Positions 16,630 to 20,000 of a stretch of DNA of 20,000 bases are shown one piece after another (the stretch's first letter is position 1; each line of letters opens with the position of its first letter). The notes beneath the pieces are model-generated. The model was not told the DNA's origin, ran no database searches, and saw only the letters and a program-made list of their open reading frames with translations. Source of the DNA: an uncultured virus (IMG/VR IMGVR_UViG_3300037847_002883). Its lineage: Duplodnaviria; Heunggongvirae; Uroviricota; Caudoviricetes. The stretch lies in IMG/VR virus record IMGVR_UViG_3300037847_002883; one strand, given 5' to 3'. The position numbers and the translations under genes are program-made.

Positions 16630-17393
16630 AGTTCACAATTGATAGTGATACCCTAAAGAAAGCACTAGAAAGCGTTCAAGTGAGAGGCAAAGGAACAACG
16701 AATAGTGGGTTTGGCTCAACCAATTTCGGCACTTATGCTTATTTGGTGGCTGATACTGCTTCTATTGAAATTTGGAATGGAAACGCTACCTTTTGTGTTA
16801 AAATTAGCCTTGATGCTACTGTTGAAGAACAGGGTAGGGTTTGTTTTGATAGCGCAACGGTTATTCCCTATTTGAAAAATTTTGGTGGAGAAGATATTAC
16901 TTTTTCCGTTGGTGATTTTATTGTCATCAATTGCGGAACAAAGAAGGCTTCTATTCCTTTGGTAGTCAATCACCCGAATGCTGATGCTATCGCAAGAATC
17001 CAAAATATGTTGAATCCAGTTTCATACGAGATTCAGCCGCAGACTCTTTTTAACTTTGGTAAATCTAAGTTTGAAGGAGCATTTACTCTTACACAACGGC
17101 AATTACAGGATGCAATTAAAGCCTGTGAATTAGTCAAAAGTGGAGTGTATAAGTTTGATTTCAATAATGGTTTGTTGAATGTTTCAACCCGCCAAAATGT
17201 TACGAACAAATACGAAGAAACAATAACTCCTGTTTTTACTACGGGAGAACCTGCTACGGTGGAGTTTAGTTCGCCAATCTATGCTTTTTTTGAGAAAAAC
17301 CAGATTTTGAACTTTTATGTAAAAGATGATTTTCCTCTTTTAGTAGTAGCGACTGATAGAATACTGTTGAAAGCACCACATATTTCGGGGTGA
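16626..17393 (+). CDS. pcn: DNA polymerase sliding clamp (PCNA-like)
   Basis: 255 aa, two-domain clamp pattern (MKFTIDSDTLKKALESV...FTLTQRQLQDAIKAC...DFPLLVV...LLKAP); TTG start; directly upstream of polB. Confidence 0.75.
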   Translation: MKFTIDSDTLKKALESVQVRGKGTTNSGFGSTNFGTYAYLVADTASIEIWNGNATFCVKISLDATVEEQGRVCFDSATVIPYLKNFGGEDITFSVGDFIVINCGTKKASIPLVVNHPNADAIARIQNMLNPVSYEIQPQTLFNFGKSKFEGAFTLTQRQLQDAIKACELVKSGVYKFDFNNGLLNVSTRQNVTNKYEETITPVFTTGEPATVEFSSPIYAFFEKNQILNFYVKDDFPLLVVATDRILLKAPHISG

Positions 17394-17399
17394 ATAATA

Positions 17400-19067
17400 A
17401 TGATAATTAGTAGAATGAATGATGGAAATAGAATATATAAATCTTGGAGAGAAAACGGAGAAAAGAAACATGAGATTGTTCCCTTTAGACCTTATTTCTA
17501 TGTTAAGGAAGATAGTGCAGAACCATTTGAATATAGACCTTCTAAATATATTAGTCGGGAGTTTGAGTATATTCGTGGCGATTGGGTTAATCTTAACAAC
17601 GAGCCGTTGAAGAAGGTAATCGTTGAGACTTCTCACGATATGCGAAAAGCAAAGGATATGTTCGGTGAAACCTATGAAGCCGATGTTCCTTTTCACTTTC
17701 GGTATTGTGTTGATGAGTTAGATGAAATGCCCGAATATAAAATGCGTAAGTGGTATTGGGATATGGAATGGCAACAAGGCGGAGACTATCACGACCAATT
17801 GACTACAATTGTTGTTTATGATAACTACGATGAGAAATACTATCAATGGTCGTGGTTCCCTGAAGATGAATGGATTCCGAACAAACAACTTCAAGCAACC
17901 GATAATTATGAAACATATTTTTCTTTTTCAGAAAGAACAATGATTGAGTCTTTTATGAACGCTATGATTGTAAAAGACCCCGATATGTTAATTGCTTGGT
18001 TTGGTCATTTTGCTGATTTACCAAAGTTATTTGAACGAGCGTGTGCGGTGGGTCTTGACCCTCGCATTATTTCACCAACGGCAACAGTCAAGGGAGTTAA
18101 GTCTGTAAAAGACGGCTATGAGTTCAAATATTCGGAGAAAGGTTTTTCTCCAATTGAACAACCTATTGGTGGGCGAATTACACTTTCTTTGGACTTAGCA
18201 TTTGAAAGACAATGGAATGATTCTCAAAGAGGAACATTACCCTCGCTTTCTCTTGATTATATCGGTGAAACAGTTCTTGATAAAAAGAAGTTGGTATCGG
18301 AAAAGTTTCCAGACACCAATGAATTTTATCGCAGGGCTTGGTTAGAAGATACACAAACATACCTCAAATATGCTTTGAGAGATGTTGAATTGATGGTTGA
18401 GATTGACGAAACTAATTTTTGTAGTGAAGCAATTCTTTCTCTTCAACGATTACTGAAAGCACCATTTGATGCTTGTTTTTATGCAAGTCATATGGGTTCT
18501 ATCTACTTTATGCGAAACGCTTGGTGGAAAGCACCAACGGGTAGTAAAGTGGATAAAAGAGAAGAATATGAAGGGGCTATGATTTACGACCCATTAAGTG
18601 AAGGAACAAACGGATTACATTTAAATGTAGCCGCCTTTGATTTTGCTGGTCTATACCCTTCAATGATGATTGCTCGCAATATCAGTTGGGAAACTAAATC
18701 AGTAGAGCCGACTGAATTTGCAGTTAATATTCTTACTCCGAGAGACTTTAGCGAAACAAAACATGAGCAGATGCTCTATTACAAAACGGATAAACTCGGC
18801 TTACTACCAAGAGCCGTCCTTGAATTGAAGGAGTTGCGAAATGAATATAAACGACTGATGCGAGAGGCAAGAGAAACGGACAATGGCGAATATGCGAAGT
18901 GGTATAACAATCAAATGGCAGTTAAGCGTCTAATGGCTTCTTTTTATGGCATTGTTGCCTTTCAAGGATTTGGTTGGGCTGATGTTGATTTGGCGGCATC
19001 TATTACTGCAAGTGCAAGAGAAGCAATTAGATTAGCGGCGTTTGCTGCAAAGGAGATGGAAGCATGA
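17400..19067 (+). CDS. polB: Family B DNA polymerase, N-terminal part (3'-5' exonuclease, motifs A and B)
   Basis: PFRPYFY, ExoI WDMEW, ExoII ADLPKL, ExoIII YALRD, YEGA, motif A DFAGLYPSMM, motif B KRLMASFYG, AASITASARE. Stops just before motif C. Confidence 0.95.
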   Translation: MIISRMNDGNRIYKSWRENGEKKHEIVPFRPYFYVKEDSAEPFEYRPSKYISREFEYIRGDWVNLNNEPLKKVIVETSHDMRKAKDMFGETYEADVPFHFRYCVDELDEMPEYKMRKWYWDMEWQQGGDYHDQLTTIVVYDNYDEKYYQWSWFPEDEWIPNKQLQATDNYETYFSFSERTMIESFMNAMIVKDPDMLIAWFGHFADLPKLFERACAVGLDPRIISPTATVKGVKSVKDGYEFKYSEKGFSPIEQPIGGRITLSLDLAFERQWNDSQRGTLPSLSLDYIGETVLDKKKLVSEKFPDTNEFYRRAWLEDTQTYLKYALRDVELMVEIDETNFCSEAILSLQRLLKAPFDACFYASHMGSIYFMRNAWWKAPTGSKVDKREEYEGAMIYDPLSEGTNGLHLNVAAFDFAGLYPSMMIARNISWETKSVEPTEFAVNILTPRDFSETKHEQMLYYKTDKLGLLPRAVLELKELRNEYKRLMREARETDNGEYAKWYNNQMAVKRLMASFYGIVAFQGFGWADVDLAASITASAREAIRLAAFAAKEMEA

Positions 19068-19273
19068 ACAGTTTTTGTAAAAATTGGATTAATCAAGAAA
19101 TACCTAATATGCCAGATGGATTTACTGCATCACAAATGCACAGCAGGCTATCTAATTTGGGCAAAACTTTAAAATATCTTGAAAATACGACTTGTATTGG
19201 GGTTTATCTCAAAAGACACAAAGCCTTAACTATGAATGATTCATCGGGAATTAGAACCTATTGGAGGAAATAA
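19064..19273 (+). CDS. Small winged-helix-like protein between the polB halves
   Basis: ATGA overlap with polB-N; FTASQM...TTCIGVYLKR...GIRTYW. Confidence 0.55.
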   Translation: MNSFCKNWINQEIPNMPDGFTASQMHSRLSNLGKTLKYLENTTCIGVYLKRHKALTMNDSSGIRTYWRK

Positions 19274-19275
19274 AT

Positions 19276-19449
19276 ATGAAAACAAAATATATTACAGTTA
19301 AACTATCATATGATAGTGAAGAAACTTATGAAATTACAATGCAAGAAGTCAAAGAGATTTTTCAAATGATGAATAACCTCAAGCGGAACGCCATCATTGT
19401 AGATATTGAACAAGGTGTGAATGAAAATGATGATGGACAGGACGAATGA
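19276..19449 (+). CDS. Small hypothetical protein between the polB halves
   Basis: GGAGG SD before ATG 19276; MKTKYITVKLSYDSEETY... Confidence 0.6.
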   Translation: MKTKYITVKLSYDSEETYEITMQEVKEIFQMMNNLKRNAIIVDIEQGVNENDDGQDE

Positions 19450-19558
19450 ATTATTGGAGGAATTATTGATGATGATTAACAGAAGCAACAAAATTCTAAT
19501 GATGGTCAATGTGGTTAATATTGCGACAATCATTACATTACTGGTGGTGGTATTATGA
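19421..19558 (+). CDS. Small membrane protein with a C-terminal hydrophobic helix (not in the ORF track)
   Basis: MKMMMDRTNELLEELLMMINRSNKILMMVNVVNIATIITLLVVVL*. True start may be 19427 or 19430; ATGA overlap with 19555. Confidence 0.6.
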   Translation: MKMMMDRTNELLEELLMMINRSNKILMMVNVVNIATIITLLVVVL

Positions 19559-19776
19559 CCGATGATAGAGTGTATTTAGAAACACTAAAAGAAATTAAAA
19601 ACATGAAAGAACAAATGCATAAAGAAATTTCTAGAATGAAGGCGGAAATGGATATTATGTATATTGAATTACAAAGAGCAAAACAAGAAATTGGTGCTAT
19701 TCGTGAAATACAAGAAGAAGTAGCAAAATTAGCAGGTGTTCCTGTTGGAATGCTATTTACAAATTACCGAGCGTGA
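19555..19776 (+). CDS. Small coiled-coil protein between the polB halves
   Basis: 73 aa with heptad periodicity. Confidence 0.6.
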   Translation: MTDDRVYLETLKEIKNMKEQMHKEISRMKAEMDIMYIELQRAKQEIGAIREIQEEVAKLAGVPVGMLFTNYRA

Positions 19777-19780
19777 TAAC

Positions 19781-20000
19781 TTGAAAGTAGTTTATGGACA
19801 TACAGATTCTATCTATGTGCAGATAGATTCCGTGGAGCAAGCACAAAAATCAATTAAAGAGATTGAAGCAAAGGTGCGTGAACATTTTCCTAATGTGATG
19901 GGATTAGACAATCATCCCGTTGTTCTTGAATTTGAGAAGTATTATTCTGCATTAGGTGTTGGAACAACCAAAAACAGAAACGCAGGACTAGTATCTTGGG
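19781..20000 (+). CDS. polB: Family B DNA polymerase, C-terminal part (motif C onward; 3'-truncated by the window; not in the ORF track)
   Basis: TTG start: MKVVYGHTDSIYVQ...VVLEFEKYYSALGVGTTKNRNAGLVSW, i.e. motif C (YGDTDS), LEFE and the KKRY-equivalent. Confidence 0.92.
   Translation, partial: MKVVYGHTDSIYVQIDSVEQAQKSIKEIEAKVREHFPNVMGLDNHPVVLEFEKYYSALGVGTTKNRNAGLVSW

Noticed and set aside
13060..17393. C-terminal Gly of the RFC-large-like protein (MKEG) and PCNA (HISG) as E1 substrates
   Set aside because: These endings, like the many GE/EEE ends, are explained by the overlapping SD (GGAGG/GGTGA) of the next gene.
1479..19533. All minus-strand ORFs and alternate-frame plus-strand ORFs in the track (e.g. 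32-229, 4251-4646, 14669-15124)
   Set aside because: They lie within well-supported + strand genes and have no recognisable motifs; shadow ORFs.
19040..19800. Split intein or self-splicing intron at the polB break
   Set aside because: No intein N-terminal Cys/Ser block or C-terminal HN motif, and the gap is filled by SD-bearing ORFs rather than structured intron RNA.
1..20000. CRISPR array, rRNA, integrase/transposase or virion structural genes
   Set aside because: No repeat-spacer periodicity or matching motifs seen. The viral assignment therefore rests on gene content and organisation, not on capsid genes.

Overview
Gene-dense, AT-rich window with all credible genes on the + strand and many overlapping stop/start codons. 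It reads as part of a tailed archaeal virus genome, most like the Marine Group II (Poseidoniales) 'magroviruses'; this taxonomy is inferred from gene content only. Left half: the 3' end of a class II ribonucleotide reductase, then a coupled run of an unknown 385-aa protein, TFIIB, MazG-like pyrophosphatase, ThiF/E1-like enzyme, Myb-repeat protein, JAB/MPN+ protease, GroES and GroEL. Middle: small ORFs (Zn fingers, PC4, two histone-fold candidates, a degenerate LAGLIDADG protein) and an ATP-dependent DNA ligase. Right half: an archaeal-type replication module (RFC large and small subunits, OB-fold SSB, RecA-like ATPase, PCNA) and a family B polymerase split into two genes with four small ORFs between them. 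Main leads: (1) a virus-encoded ubiquitin-like conjugation/deconjugation locus (E1 + JAB, with a candidate E2-like cysteine protein); (2) two divergent viral histone folds; (3) an intein-free split PolB with several active-site substitutions; (4) absence of GATC and apparently of AGCT/GTAC/TCGA; (5) a structured intergenic RNA. All calls come from motif reading by eye; no searches were run.
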